DNA of 64,000 bases from positions 23,004-87,003 of IMG/VR virus record IMGVR_UViG_3300041411_000085; one strand, 5' to 3'. The stretch comes from a virus. A program made the translations under genes and the position numbers. This document shows positions 1 to 8,602 of the stretch, piece by piece (positions within the stretch are counted from its first letter, which is position 1; each line of letters begins with the position of its first letter). The notes under the pieces are model-generated. The model was not told the DNA's origin. It saw only the letters and a list, made by a program, of their open reading frames with translations, and searched no databases.

Positions 1-122
1 ACATTTCATTGATGCTCTACAGGAGCTAGAATGTCTAGGAAGGCTTCCAAGGATTAGGCAGAATCTTGAATTTGATCTGCATGAGTTGGAAGTTTATATT
101 GAAATGATGAGGGAGATGAATA

Positions 123-509
123 ATGGGTAATCCATCGTTTACACCAATGAGTCAAGAACAACGAGAGGAAGTACGACTTAAGCGAATTGCAGACCAAGAA
201 TGGGCTAAAGATAATTTAAAAGATGATTTCGCCGATGAGCCTGTGTGGAGAGCACTTGGCTCAGAATATTCTGTGCGATTTCCACAAAGGCATGTTCCGG
301 GAACTGAACTTAAGTATCTGAAGCGTACATGTAAAAAGCTCGGACTAGAAATCAGCGCATTTCTTGAATCAACTGGATTCTCAACTCTTAAGCAGTTTGC
401 AGAAGCTAATAAAACATACCCAAGTTGGGCTTTTGTGGGGTTGATTTTAGAGTTTTACAATGACCATCAAATGAATCAGTACGAGTATCCTCTCAAAATC
501 GATTCATAA
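123..509 (+). CDS. hypothetical phage protein
   Basis: 128-aa ORF with a GGAG RBS upstream; no motif recognised. Confidence 0.7.
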   Translation: MGNPSFTPMSQEQREEVRLKRIADQEWAKDNLKDDFADEPVWRALGSEYSVRFPQRHVPGTELKYLKRTCKKLGLEISAFLESTGFSTLKQFAEANKTYPSWAFVGLILEFYNDHQMNQYEYPLKIDS

Positions 510-562
510 GGCACTTTCACCGAGGATTTTCACTAAAAATAGCTGCGTTCGGTAGATAAAGC

Positions 563-591
563 TTGCATAGTATGTCTGAGGTTTCTAGACT
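563..591 (+). promoter_or_regulatory. sigma70-type promoter
   Basis: TTGCAT-17 bp-TAGACT upstream of the 626-6749 gene run. Confidence 0.6.
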
Positions 592-625
592 CTATTTCAG
601 GGTATAAAACTCCCTACAAACATTT

Positions 626-1093
626 ATGGAGAATATTATGATTAAAAGAATTTTAGCCCTCAGATATGTGTGCAAGAAATATAACCTCAAATGCAAGCTC
701 ATATTCTTTGGTAGCGAAGGCTGGATGAGTAGGAAAGACAGGCTTATTTGTGTAAGCCTGTTCCAAAAGAACTTCTTCCAAGTGTTGTACCATGAAATTG
801 GTCATGAGGTGGCTACAAGGTCTTTGAAATTTGATAACAAATATGCAAAAGCAGCTTTTGGCTCTAGATTGAAATTCAATTACGAAGATGATATGTTTGT
901 AAGACTAGAGGAAGAAGCCAAGGCTAGTAAGTTTTCAATGAGGTTTCTGAAAGTCAAAGATAGGCAATACCTTAAAGAATGTTGGTACACATACACAAGT
1001 TCTGTTGCTAAATGTATAAATGCAAGTGAGCTTGACAGGTACATTACAACCGTTGCAAAATACAGTAAATATTTTGAGGGGAACACAAAATGA
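626..1093 (+). CDS. putative zinc metallopeptidase (HExxH; ImmA/IrrE-like)
   Basis: LYHEIGHE motif plus a downstream EEEAKAS glutamate helix; the start may be the ATG at 638 after GGAG. Confidence 0.55.
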   Translation: MENIMIKRILALRYVCKKYNLKCKLIFFGSEGWMSRKDRLICVSLFQKNFFQVLYHEIGHEVATRSLKFDNKYAKAAFGSRLKFNYEDDMFVRLEEEAKASKFSMRFLKVKDRQYLKECWYTYTSSVAKCINASELDRYITTVAKYSKYFEGNTK

Positions 1094-1269
1094 CTTTGTT
1101 TGTCGTATATCTTATCGTTTCACTTATATTCGTCTACATCAATGCCACAGCCTGTTACATTAGAGGAATAAAATATCCTTGGAGACAAGATATTCCCCTG
1201 TGCCTTATCTGGCCTGTGACAGCACCAATCGGTATCTTAGCTATTATTGCTTCGGAGAGTCGTCCATGA
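1090..1269 (+). CDS. small membrane protein
   Basis: 59-aa ORF read by hand (MTLFVVYLIVSLIFVYINATACY...LCLIWPVTAPIGILAIIAS); ATGA overlap with the upstream stop; two hydrophobic segments. Confidence 0.6.
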   Translation: MTLFVVYLIVSLIFVYINATACYIRGIKYPWRQDIPLCLIWPVTAPIGILAIIASESRP

Positions 1270-1314
1270 CTCAACACAAAGATACATAAAGTGAAACTTA
1301 CTGGAGAGTAAACA

Positions 1315-1497
1315 ATGACCAAACAATATTCCCATGACAGAGAAGTGATCAAAGACTTCATTCGCTGGGCTAGCGATGAGCATAAATGTGCTGTCGTGTG
1401 TTTTCCAGATGAATTCGCAGCTAGTGCTTACGTTAATTATAAGTTCATCAACGTTTCAGAAATATTGGAAGAGTTTATTGAGGGGAGAGGACAATGA
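1315..1497 (+). CDS. hypothetical protein
   Basis: GGAG RBS; coupled to the next ORF. Confidence 0.65.
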   Translation: MTKQYSHDREVIKDFIRWASDEHKCAVVCFPDEFAASAYVNYKFINVSEILEEFIEGRGQ

Positions 1498-1808
1498 TTA
1501 AGTGGATTAAGGGTTTGTTTTCTTTTCAAACAGAGCAAGGGGGTTGGGAGCCTTGGTTTGAAGCCCTTGAGAAAGAAAAGGTACAAACAGATATTCACGG
1601 CCTGCCGTTTGTAAAGAATATCGTTCCTATGCCTAAAGTGAAACCAACAAAGAAGAGTGAATATAATACATTTGAGAATTGCAGGGCTTACAGTTCCGGT
1701 ACAACCGTAGAAGGTCTAAAGCTAGCACTCTCACACTGTACAAAGTATGAAGACAGGATGTTCTTGCAATTTCTTATCAATGTACACTTGAGAAATATGG
1801 GGAAATAA
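1494..1808 (+). CDS. hypothetical protein
   Basis: GAGG RBS; ATGA overlap. Confidence 0.65.
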   Translation: MIKWIKGLFSFQTEQGGWEPWFEALEKEKVQTDIHGLPFVKNIVPMPKVKPTKKSEYNTFENCRAYSSGTTVEGLKLALSHCTKYEDRMFLQFLINVHLRNMGK

Positions 1809-2644
1809 TGAGCATTCAAATGCAAAACCAAACAATCATGTTGAGGAACCAATCAATCAGGGTGTCAATTAAGCCGGGAGCACCAAACAGTGTTCCTCTT
1901 CTGCTTTGTACGGGCATAGGGGCTTCTCTCGAATTGCTATTTCCTTTTGTTGAGGCTATTCACATTGCACAACCAGACTTAGAAATCATTACATTTGATT
2001 ATCCGGGAGTGGGTGGTAGTTCAACACATCTGTTACCTTATCGTTTTAGTGGCCTGTGTAGAACAATCTCAGAAATGTTGGACTTCTTAAACTACGGGCA
2101 AGTATTTGTATTGGGGTTATCATGGGGCGGATTCACCAGTCAGGAATTTGCTTACCAATATCCAAATCGTTGTAAGAAACTAATCCTAGCAGCCACTTGT
2201 GCTGGTGTTACAGCCATTCCTCCAAGTATGAAAGTGCTTAGTTTGATGTCCTCACCTAAACGCTATACAGATCCTGACTATGCAGCTTCGATTGCAGCAG
2301 ATATCTATGGAGGCCACTTTAGGGGAAATAAAGAACTGGCTATTGAACATGCTTCGCGTATGTCACAAAGCAAAGGTGAGTTTAAACATAGTCAGTTGGG
2401 TTATGCCTATCAGCAAGGTGCCTTGATGTGGTGGTCATCATTGTGGTATCTGCACAGTATTAAACAACCAACACTAGTCCTTGCAGGTGATGACGATCCT
2501 CTGATAGACTTGCGGAATATGAAAATATTAGCGAAGCTAATCCCTAATTCTGAGATGCATGTATTTGAGGGCGAAGGTCATCTCTTCCTTCTTACGAGTT
2601 TGGATGAGGTTGTTCCAATTGTTACTAAGTTTTTGGAGGGCTAA
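1808..2644 (+). CDS. phaZ: intracellular poly(3-hydroxyalkanoate) depolymerase (alpha/beta hydrolase)
   Basis: Lipase box GLSWGG, GIGASLEL, DYPGVGGSS, PYRF, RCKKLILAAT, QPTLVLAGDDDPLI and GHLFL are all colinear with Pseudomonas mcl-PHA depolymerase PhaZ as recalled; 278 aa. Confidence 0.88.
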   Translation: MSIQMQNQTIMLRNQSIRVSIKPGAPNSVPLLLCTGIGASLELLFPFVEAIHIAQPDLEIITFDYPGVGGSSTHLLPYRFSGLCRTISEMLDFLNYGQVFVLGLSWGGFTSQEFAYQYPNRCKKLILAATCAGVTAIPPSMKVLSLMSSPKRYTDPDYAASIAADIYGGHFRGNKELAIEHASRMSQSKGEFKHSQLGYAYQQGALMWWSSLWYLHSIKQPTLVLAGDDDPLIDLRNMKILAKLIPNSEMHVFEGEGHLFLLTSLDEVVPIVTKFLEG

Positions 2645-3031
2645 ATGTTAATTGAATATGCTAGAATACTCTCACCCCCAATGTGCAGAAGATATCCAGA
2701 TAAGATATACGTCTACGGTGACAACATGAAAGCCTTCGGTAAAGGTGGACAAGCTATCATCCGTGATGAGCCTAATGCTTTTGGTATTCCAACTAAACGA
2801 TATCCCTCTTGGGATGATTGGGCATTCTTTAGTGACCAACCAGATGAAATTGAAGCTGTAAAGATATCCCTACGTGAATTGTGGAAGGTTGCACGAAACA
2901 AAGTGATTGTATTCCCTGAAGATGGGATCGGTACAGGGAGAGCTAAGATGAAAGAGAAATCTCCTGTTGCTTATAAGATGATGTGTGATATATTGCGGGA
3001 ACATTTTGGTATTGTTAATGGAGGAAAATAA
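2645..3031 (+). CDS. conserved phage protein (YVYGDN...GKGGQA...GIPTK...GIGTG motifs), function unknown
   Basis: The motif pattern resembles a recurrent phage family; begins immediately after the phaZ stop. Confidence 0.65.
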   Translation: MLIEYARILSPPMCRRYPDKIYVYGDNMKAFGKGGQAIIRDEPNAFGIPTKRYPSWDDWAFFSDQPDEIEAVKISLRELWKVARNKVIVFPEDGIGTGRAKMKEKSPVAYKMMCDILREHFGIVNGGK

Positions 3032-3285
3032 TGACAAACCTTGAACGCTGCTCATGTGGAGCTAGGGAGAAAAATAAGTGTAGTAAGGAGAGTGCTCCAA
3101 TGAATGGAGTCCAAAGTGGGAAGATGTGTTTGAAGGATGAAGATACCCTGTTCGTTAACTTTAGAGACACCTTGAATGGTGGTTTCTGTGCTGATATTGA
3201 CTATGAATCACAAGCTTGGCAGAAAGTGCTGGGTGATTGGGAAGGGTTTAAAATTGAGGAGCAGCTATGTATTACCAAGAAGTAG
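3031..3285 (+). CDS. hypothetical Cys-containing protein
   Basis: GGAGG RBS; coupled start. Confidence 0.6.
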   Translation: MTNLERCSCGAREKNKCSKESAPMNGVQSGKMCLKDEDTLFVNFRDTLNGGFCADIDYESQAWQKVLGDWEGFKIEEQLCITKK

Positions 3286-3560
3286 GCTACAAACTACCAC
3301 CAGAATACACAAGCCTTATCTACCTGCACCAGCGTCTAGGTGATATCGATACTGTGGATGCCGCTTGTTATATCTGGAATAGGTTGCACACAGGCGACAC
3401 TCTTCGTATTAATAAAGTTGAAGAAATGCTAGGCACAATTCATCTGACAGGGAAGTGTAGTGACACGGAGGCTGCTTTGAACATTTGCAGATACCTCACG
3501 ACTATCTGTGTTGGTGTTACGTACCAGAAGACAATTATCACTGAGAGTTGGGAGATTTGA
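3267..3560 (+). CDS. hypothetical protein
   Basis: GAGGAG RBS. Confidence 0.6.
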   Translation: MYYQEVGYKLPPEYTSLIYLHQRLGDIDTVDAACYIWNRLHTGDTLRINKVEEMLGTIHLTGKCSDTEAALNICRYLTTICVGVTYQKTIITESWEI

Positions 3561-3805
3561 TGAAATATAAAATGGGTAATAAAGTCTACATCGCTTCCTC
3601 TAAGAAGACAGATGGGACACATAACAGAGGTAAGATCGTAGGTATTGAGCTTTCTTACTTTGGACTTGGGTATCTTACAGAAACTCAGTATTTTAATGAC
3701 TTTGATCATCCAAGATATAAAGTTGCCTATGTTGATTGCTTCACAAATAAAGCTAACTGTCATTGGTACTCGGAGGAAGAGCTTCAGAAGGAGAAACCTG
3801 AATGA
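3560..3805 (+). CDS. hypothetical protein (SH3/KOW-like beta protein)
   Basis: Start moved to the ATG at 3560 (TGATG overlap, GGGAG RBS); KYKMGNKVYI...GKIVGI pattern. Confidence 0.6.
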   Translation: MKYKMGNKVYIASSKKTDGTHNRGKIVGIELSYFGLGYLTETQYFNDFDHPRYKVAYVDCFTNKANCHWYSEEELQKEKPE

Positions 3806-3965
3806 ACCAAACAATTGAAGAACGCATGCAGAATATTGATAATGAACTGAAAGCACTTAGGGAAGAACTAAAAGTAGAACTTTTACCTAAATATCTTTCA
3901 CCAGAACATCAAAAGAGAGTGTTAAAAGCGTTTATGAAAGGTATTGATGACAAGGAAGAAGAGTA

Positions 3966-4463
3966 ATGACTGAACTCCTCACACACGATAACCTGTGTCT
4001 GTTAGCTGAGAAGTTCTTAACTAAGAATGCATTTGGTGTTGTATTCCATGATAAGTTTAAAGCTTATACAAACACAGGTGAACAACCAGACTGTCTTGGA
4101 TTCAGAAGTGGAGTATCTTGTCTGATTGAGTGTAAAACATCTAGGTCTGATTTCTTAGTAGACAAGCGTAAGAAGTTTAGAGTTGATCCGGCACTTGGTA
4201 TGGGTGATTGGAGATTCTTTCTAACACCTACAGGACTTATTAAAGCTGAGGAGCTTCCTGCTGGATGGGGATTGTTAGAGACTGATGGGAAACGGATTAA
4301 GAAAGTATACGGATTCCCTGCAAACACAGGGTGGTTTGATAAACCATTCACCGGTAATAAACAAGCTGAGTGTGATTATATGTATTCTGCCTGTAGGCGT
4401 ATGGTCATACGAGGACACTTGAAAGAGATTTATGATGGTGTTCCTGTAAAGGAGTTTGTATAA
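3966..4463 (+). CDS. PD-(D/E)XK nuclease-fold protein, MmcB-like
   Basis: EQPDCLG...LIECKTSRSDF...ELPAGWGLL motifs. Confidence 0.6.
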   Translation: MTELLTHDNLCLLAEKFLTKNAFGVVFHDKFKAYTNTGEQPDCLGFRSGVSCLIECKTSRSDFLVDKRKKFRVDPALGMGDWRFFLTPTGLIKAEELPAGWGLLETDGKRIKKVYGFPANTGWFDKPFTGNKQAECDYMYSACRRMVIRGHLKEIYDGVPVKEFV

Positions 4464-4638
4464 TGAAACCACTAATCCTTAAAACACCAGAAGGACTGTA
4501 TGTCTGTGAAATACCTATTGAGAGTGAACCAGAAGACGGAGCATCTGATAGAGAATGGTGGATATGGGCAGCAACTGGGGGGACAAGTCCTGTAGAGGCT
4601 TATAATAATTGGCTGAAGGATTGGGAGGAGAGGGTGTG

Positions 4639-4866
4639 ATGTCTGATTTCAAAAGTTGGTACGAAGTAGCTGAATATCTTCTATCAAACAAGTGGAACTC
4701 TATAGACGTAGACAGTACATGGTCATTCACTGAGGACAAGAGCTGGAGTAAGGTGTATCCTCCTGAAAATGCTAGTGACTATGAGCATTATAAGAATATT
4801 GGTGATGCAATAGAAGAGATGATGTATTTCTGTGATGGTGACTTAGGGAGTGTTAGTAAAGAATGA
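4639..4866 (+). CDS. hypothetical acidic protein
   Basis: Start moved to the ATG at 4639 after GGAGAGG. Confidence 0.6.
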   Translation: MSDFKSWYEVAEYLLSNKWNSIDVDSTWSFTEDKSWSKVYPPENASDYEHYKNIGDAIEEMMYFCDGDLGSVSKE

Positions 4867-5039
4867 AAAGTGGAGACGTATATCTTCCAGAATCAGATGA
4901 GTATCTAGAATCAATCGAAGAAGAATATGATTGGTATTGCTGGGAGGAAGAGGATTGGTCCGAGAATAGATGTTTCTATGAGAATGATTTAGAGCATTTG
5001 GAAGAATTACCGAGTAAGGAGAAGATACATGCTAACTAA
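4863..5039 (+). CDS. very acidic 58-aa protein
   Basis: ORF read by hand; ATGA overlap with the upstream stop; 20 D/E versus 4 K/R. Confidence 0.55.
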   Translation: MKSGDVYLPESDEYLESIEEEYDWYCWEEEDWSENRCFYENDLEHLEELPSKEKIHAN

Positions 5040-5562
5040 AGAGGAGCTACAAGCCTTAGAGCAAAGGATTGCTCAGAATGCCAATAAACTGGTGAGTTCT
5101 GCTAAGAAGGTGGAAAGGAAAGACACAAAAGACACAAGAGGTCGTAAACCAAAGCAATTGCACAATAAGCTGCTTCCTGTATTTCAGGACTTGCGGCTTG
5201 AGTTGTTTGAGGATGACGGCAACTCTTGGCCTTTGTGGATTGATGATGTGTTGTCTGGGGTTAGTAGGCTTGATTGGTATAGACAAGGAGAACGAAGTGT
5301 CCCATTGAGTACAGGAAGTCTTAAGAGTATCTTTGAAAGCCTTGAATATATTGACTCTGTATCTATTGCTGACCTACTCTCCCTTGGAGAAAGGCAAGCT
5401 CGTAGGTATATGCAAGCCTCAATCCTCTGTTATAAATACCTTGACACTGGCTATAAAGATGTTAATATTAAAGGTCTGAAATATCCTGCACATCGCCCCG
5501 GTGTTGATAAACTAGTTATTGCTGATTTAGAACGATTAGAGCAATTATTAACTAATAAATAG
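5029..5562 (+). CDS. hypothetical protein, possible HTH DNA-binding
   Basis: AAGGAG RBS; SIADLLSLGERQARRY resembles an HTH; basic RGRKPK patch. Confidence 0.6.
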   Translation: MLTKEELQALEQRIAQNANKLVSSAKKVERKDTKDTRGRKPKQLHNKLLPVFQDLRLELFEDDGNSWPLWIDDVLSGVSRLDWYRQGERSVPLSTGSLKSIFESLEYIDSVSIADLLSLGERQARRYMQASILCYKYLDTGYKDVNIKGLKYPAHRPGVDKLVIADLERLEQLLTNK

Positions 5563-5642
5563 GGTTATTGTGCACGTTTATTTCGGTCGCACTATATTAA
5601 AGAATAGATCAAAAGCATAATTAACCAAGTAGGAGTAACAAA

Positions 5643-6749
5643 ATGGAAGAAGAGTGGAAAGAGATACCCGGTTATCCGGGGTATGAAGCTAGCGATAAAG
5701 GTAATGTAAGACAGTTATCTGGTAAACAAGTGTTCCTCCAGATAACAGGTGAGCCTGAATACCACTATGTAAACATTGTAGATGAGTATGGTAACAGAGT
5801 CCTAAGACGTGCTCATGTCATGGTTGCGAAAGCCTTTCTTGAGAATCCATTGAACCTACCAATGGTTGACCATATTGACAGACAGAGGTTTAATAACAAC
5901 CTTGAAAATCTCCGGTGGGTAACTCGTAAAGATAATGCTAGAAATAAAGTTAATACACTCTTTACTGAATATCAAGGAAAACAAAGGGTCTTGGTTGAGC
6001 TTGTAGAGGAAATATTTGAAGATGATTATCTTGCACCATACCAAGCAATCAGGTACAGAGTATCAACTGGTATGGATTTTGATGCTGCCTTGGCATCTTA
6101 TCTGTACCTTCTAGAGCACGGAAGGTGTAAGATTAAAGTGGACTGGAATAACGAAGAAGTATTCCTCACAGTTCTTTGTAAGGACTTGAGTAAAGATTTC
6201 TTTTATGTGAGACAGAGACTTAGAGATGGTTGGTCTATTTGGAATGCTATTTACGATATTCCACACTCCCACAGTTACAGCTTCGAGGTTATTGACTCAA
6301 AAGGTGTTGGCCACTGGTATCAGAATAATGAAATGTTTGAAAAGACACACCCAACTGCAATTGGAATCTGGAAGTCCTTGTTTAGAGAAGGTAAGACATT
6401 AGATGAAATATTAGCATATGATGGTAAAGACTATTTAAGACGAACTGTAGGTAAGCACACAGGAACTTTAAAAGAGCTGTGTAAGCTTTATGGGAAGACA
6501 GAATCCTCAGTAGAAACTAGAGTAGGCAAAGGCATGTCTTTAGAGGATGCTTTAACCTCCCCTCCTGAAAGGATCAAGAAAGTCACTATTGATGGTGTAT
6601 CAGGGAGCCCTAAATATTGGTATGAGCATTACGGGCTTGTTTACAAGACTGTGAAACATAAGAAAGATAGGTTGAAGTGTTCCTTTGAGGATATCTTGAG
6701 ATACTTTGATGTAGATTTAACTGGTAAAGTTATTTCGTACACAGACTAA
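5643..6749 (+). CDS. NUMOD4-HNH homing endonuclease
   Basis: EEWKEIPGYPGYEASDKGNVR (NUMOD4); AHVMVAKAF...VDHIDRQRFNNNLENLRW (HNH); repeated C-terminal helical DNA-binding units. Confidence 0.88.
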   Translation: MEEEWKEIPGYPGYEASDKGNVRQLSGKQVFLQITGEPEYHYVNIVDEYGNRVLRRAHVMVAKAFLENPLNLPMVDHIDRQRFNNNLENLRWVTRKDNARNKVNTLFTEYQGKQRVLVELVEEIFEDDYLAPYQAIRYRVSTGMDFDAALASYLYLLEHGRCKIKVDWNNEEVFLTVLCKDLSKDFFYVRQRLRDGWSIWNAIYDIPHSHSYSFEVIDSKGVGHWYQNNEMFEKTHPTAIGIWKSLFREGKTLDEILAYDGKDYLRRTVGKHTGTLKELCKLYGKTESSVETRVGKGMSLEDALTSPPERIKKVTIDGVSGSPKYWYEHYGLVYKTVKHKKDRLKCSFEDILRYFDVDLTGKVISYTD

Positions 6750-6770
6750 TTCTAAATTCCCTACAAATTT

Positions 6771-6805
6771 GAGGTCTTGCTTCTATAGAAGACCTCTTTC
6801 TTTTT
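6771..6805 (+). terminator. intrinsic terminator
   Basis: GAGGTCTT/AAGACCTC stem followed by TTTCTTTTT, after the last + strand gene. Confidence 0.75.
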
Positions 6806-7254
6806 GCCCAGAATATGCTGAAAGCCTTATAAACAAAGGGTTCGTACTTCTTAAAACCTTGTCGCTACCGGAGACCGTCTTAACTCGCTGGGACTGTGGC
6901 ACACCAGTGACGTGCCAGAATACAAAATATGTAGCTTCCTATCTATTAGCCTACTAATCATTATCAAGCTGTCTGCTAGTACCCTATCGATACGATCAAT
7001 TGGATGCTACCAGTCACTGCGGTATTCCAAATGGTATTCCAAGCCACTATCACTACTAGACAAATGCCTTTAGATACAACCACTTACCTCTCCGGTTCAA
7101 CTTCCTACTGGTCAACTGAACCGAGACATTGAGCATTATACTGGTCTGCACAACTAGCACACTTCACTAGCTCATGTCAAGGTATTATGAGGATTGTGTG
7201 AAAGGATTGGCTAGTAGGTGGTGGTTAGGATGGGTGTTCAACATGTGGGATGAG

Positions 7255-7467
7255 ATAAAGCAGCGACAAGAGCGTCTGTGCTTAACTACTCACGTAGTTT
7301 CGCCCATACTTACAGATGACTATAAAGTGACTAAAACACTCTTATCGGTCACATTGGAGACTAAGTAGAATAAAGCTTTGACAAGATTTGTCAGTGTTTA
7401 TAAAGTGACTAGAATTGAAGCCGTAGTCACATTTAAGACAGTATAAAGCCGACTAAACAGTCGGCTT
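7255..7467. repeat. cluster of ATAAAG-plus-dyad elements in the non-coding junction
   Basis: ATAAAG at 7255, 7322, 7370, 7400 and 7443, each followed by a GAC...GTC inverted repeat; TATAAAGTGACTA is exact at 7321 and 7399. Confidence 0.7.
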
Positions 7468-7492
7468 AGGATTACCCTGCTAGAATGTTTGT

Positions 7493-7675
7493 TCAGATGC
7501 CTTTATGTGTCCAGTCTTCACCAGCCCGTTTAGCATCTTCCATAGACTGATAGTTAACCACTTCAGGACTAAATCCACACCCTTTGTACCACTTAGACAG
7601 CTGATAAGTGTTGCCTACCACTGTCACTGTAGACCTTCTGAAAGAGTCTTCCCCCGTAGTGTGTGATGTAATCAA
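7493..7675 (-). CDS. hypothetical protein
   Basis: Last ORF of the leftward block; start uncertain. Confidence 0.55.
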   Translation of the reverse strand: MITSHTTGEDSFRRSTVTVVGNTYQLSKWYKGCGFSPEVVNYQSMEDAKRAGEDWTHKGI

Positions 7676-7711
7676 GGTATAGCTCAGACCACTTGTACAT
7701 GATTTACTTCC

Positions 7712-7975
7712 TCAATCTACGTTAACAGACATTTGGAACTGAAGGTTATCAAGAGCTTCTTGTCCTTCATGGTAGTGACAAGCCCTCAAGGACACTTCAG
7801 CATTCATACCTTTACCACCACCTGTACGTTGACCTTGTTCATTAAAGTGTGCCCATTCAACAATGAAAGCCCCAGCCTCTAACATCTCATCAAGCATCTC
7901 GTAGGTTGCATAGTTAGCGAAGTTTTCAGTGTATTCAGCGCCAGTAGCAAGGTCAGTGTAGGTGATGGTTAGCAT
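7712..7975 (-). CDS. hypothetical early protein
   Basis: Directly downstream of the promoter at 8022-8050. Confidence 0.7.
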   Translation of the reverse strand: MLTITYTDLATGAEYTENFANYATYEMLDEMLEAGAFIVEWAHFNEQGQRTGGGKGMNAEVSLRACHYHEGQEALDNLQFQMSVNVD

Positions 7976-8021
7976 GTGGGTATTCTCTGTTTAGGAAGGC
8001 TTTCTGCCTTTCGATGTGTTC

Positions 8022-8050
8022 ATTCTAATACTGTTTGATTGTTGTGTAAA
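8022..8050 (-). promoter_or_regulatory. sigma70-type early promoter
   Basis: TTTACA-17-TAGAAT on the - strand. Confidence 0.7.
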
Positions 8051-8147
8051 GCCTTTTCTTAGCTCTTTTCAAAAGAATTTATAGCTGCTTTCCTATCCCC
8101 CACTCTCTCTACTTGTCTCGTGTCTTTACCTACTCACCATAGAGATT

Positions 8148-8186
8148 ATTCTACAGGCAAACAAAAGCCAGCACAAGAGGCTGGCT
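8148..8186 (-). promoter_or_regulatory. fused terminator/promoter
   Basis: AGCCAGC/GCTGGCT hairpin plus TTTGTTT, overlapping TTGTGC-17-TAGAAT. Confidence 0.55.
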
Positions 8187-8239
8187 AGGTTATTTCTTCT
8201 CTTACATTGTGTCTTTAGACACTCATCCGACGTTTACTA

Positions 8240-8428
8240 TTAAAGCGCTTCAAAGCGAATTGGTGTATACAAAGCATAATCATCAGACATCATCGTAAAG
8301 CTCTCATACATACCAGCATGAGCTGTATAGTATTGTGTATCCACACGGCCCCACAAGACCAGTTGAATTCCATTAATAACTTTAATGAAAGGGGCAATGA
8401 TTGGAATAGGTCTTGGAGGAGTTCTCAT
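8240..8428 (-). CDS. hypothetical protein
   Basis: ORF in the early block. Confidence 0.5.
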   Translation of the reverse strand: MRTPPRPIPIIAPFIKVINGIQLVLWGRVDTQYYTAHAGMYESFTMMSDDYALYTPIRFEAL

Positions 8429-8602
8429 TATAATTACTCACTGTTCAATCTTTAATAAACAACAATCTGCAAGCTCTTAGCATAGCTAGAGGCTGGATAA
8501 CCTTCCAATTCATCTTTCCATGTTTTGTGGTATGTAGGCTGAGGCTTGGATGAGTTACCTTTAAGGAGAGCTTTGTAGAGGACTATCAGAGAGATGATCA
8601 TT

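Noticed and set aside
7174-7368. Listed 64-aa + strand ORF (also 6769-6957)
   Set aside because: No SD, lies downstream of a terminator and overlaps the repeat elements; probably spurious.
7255-7467. CRISPR or mini-CRISPR array
   Set aside because: The exact repeat is only 13 bp in two copies, spacing is irregular and no cas genes are present.
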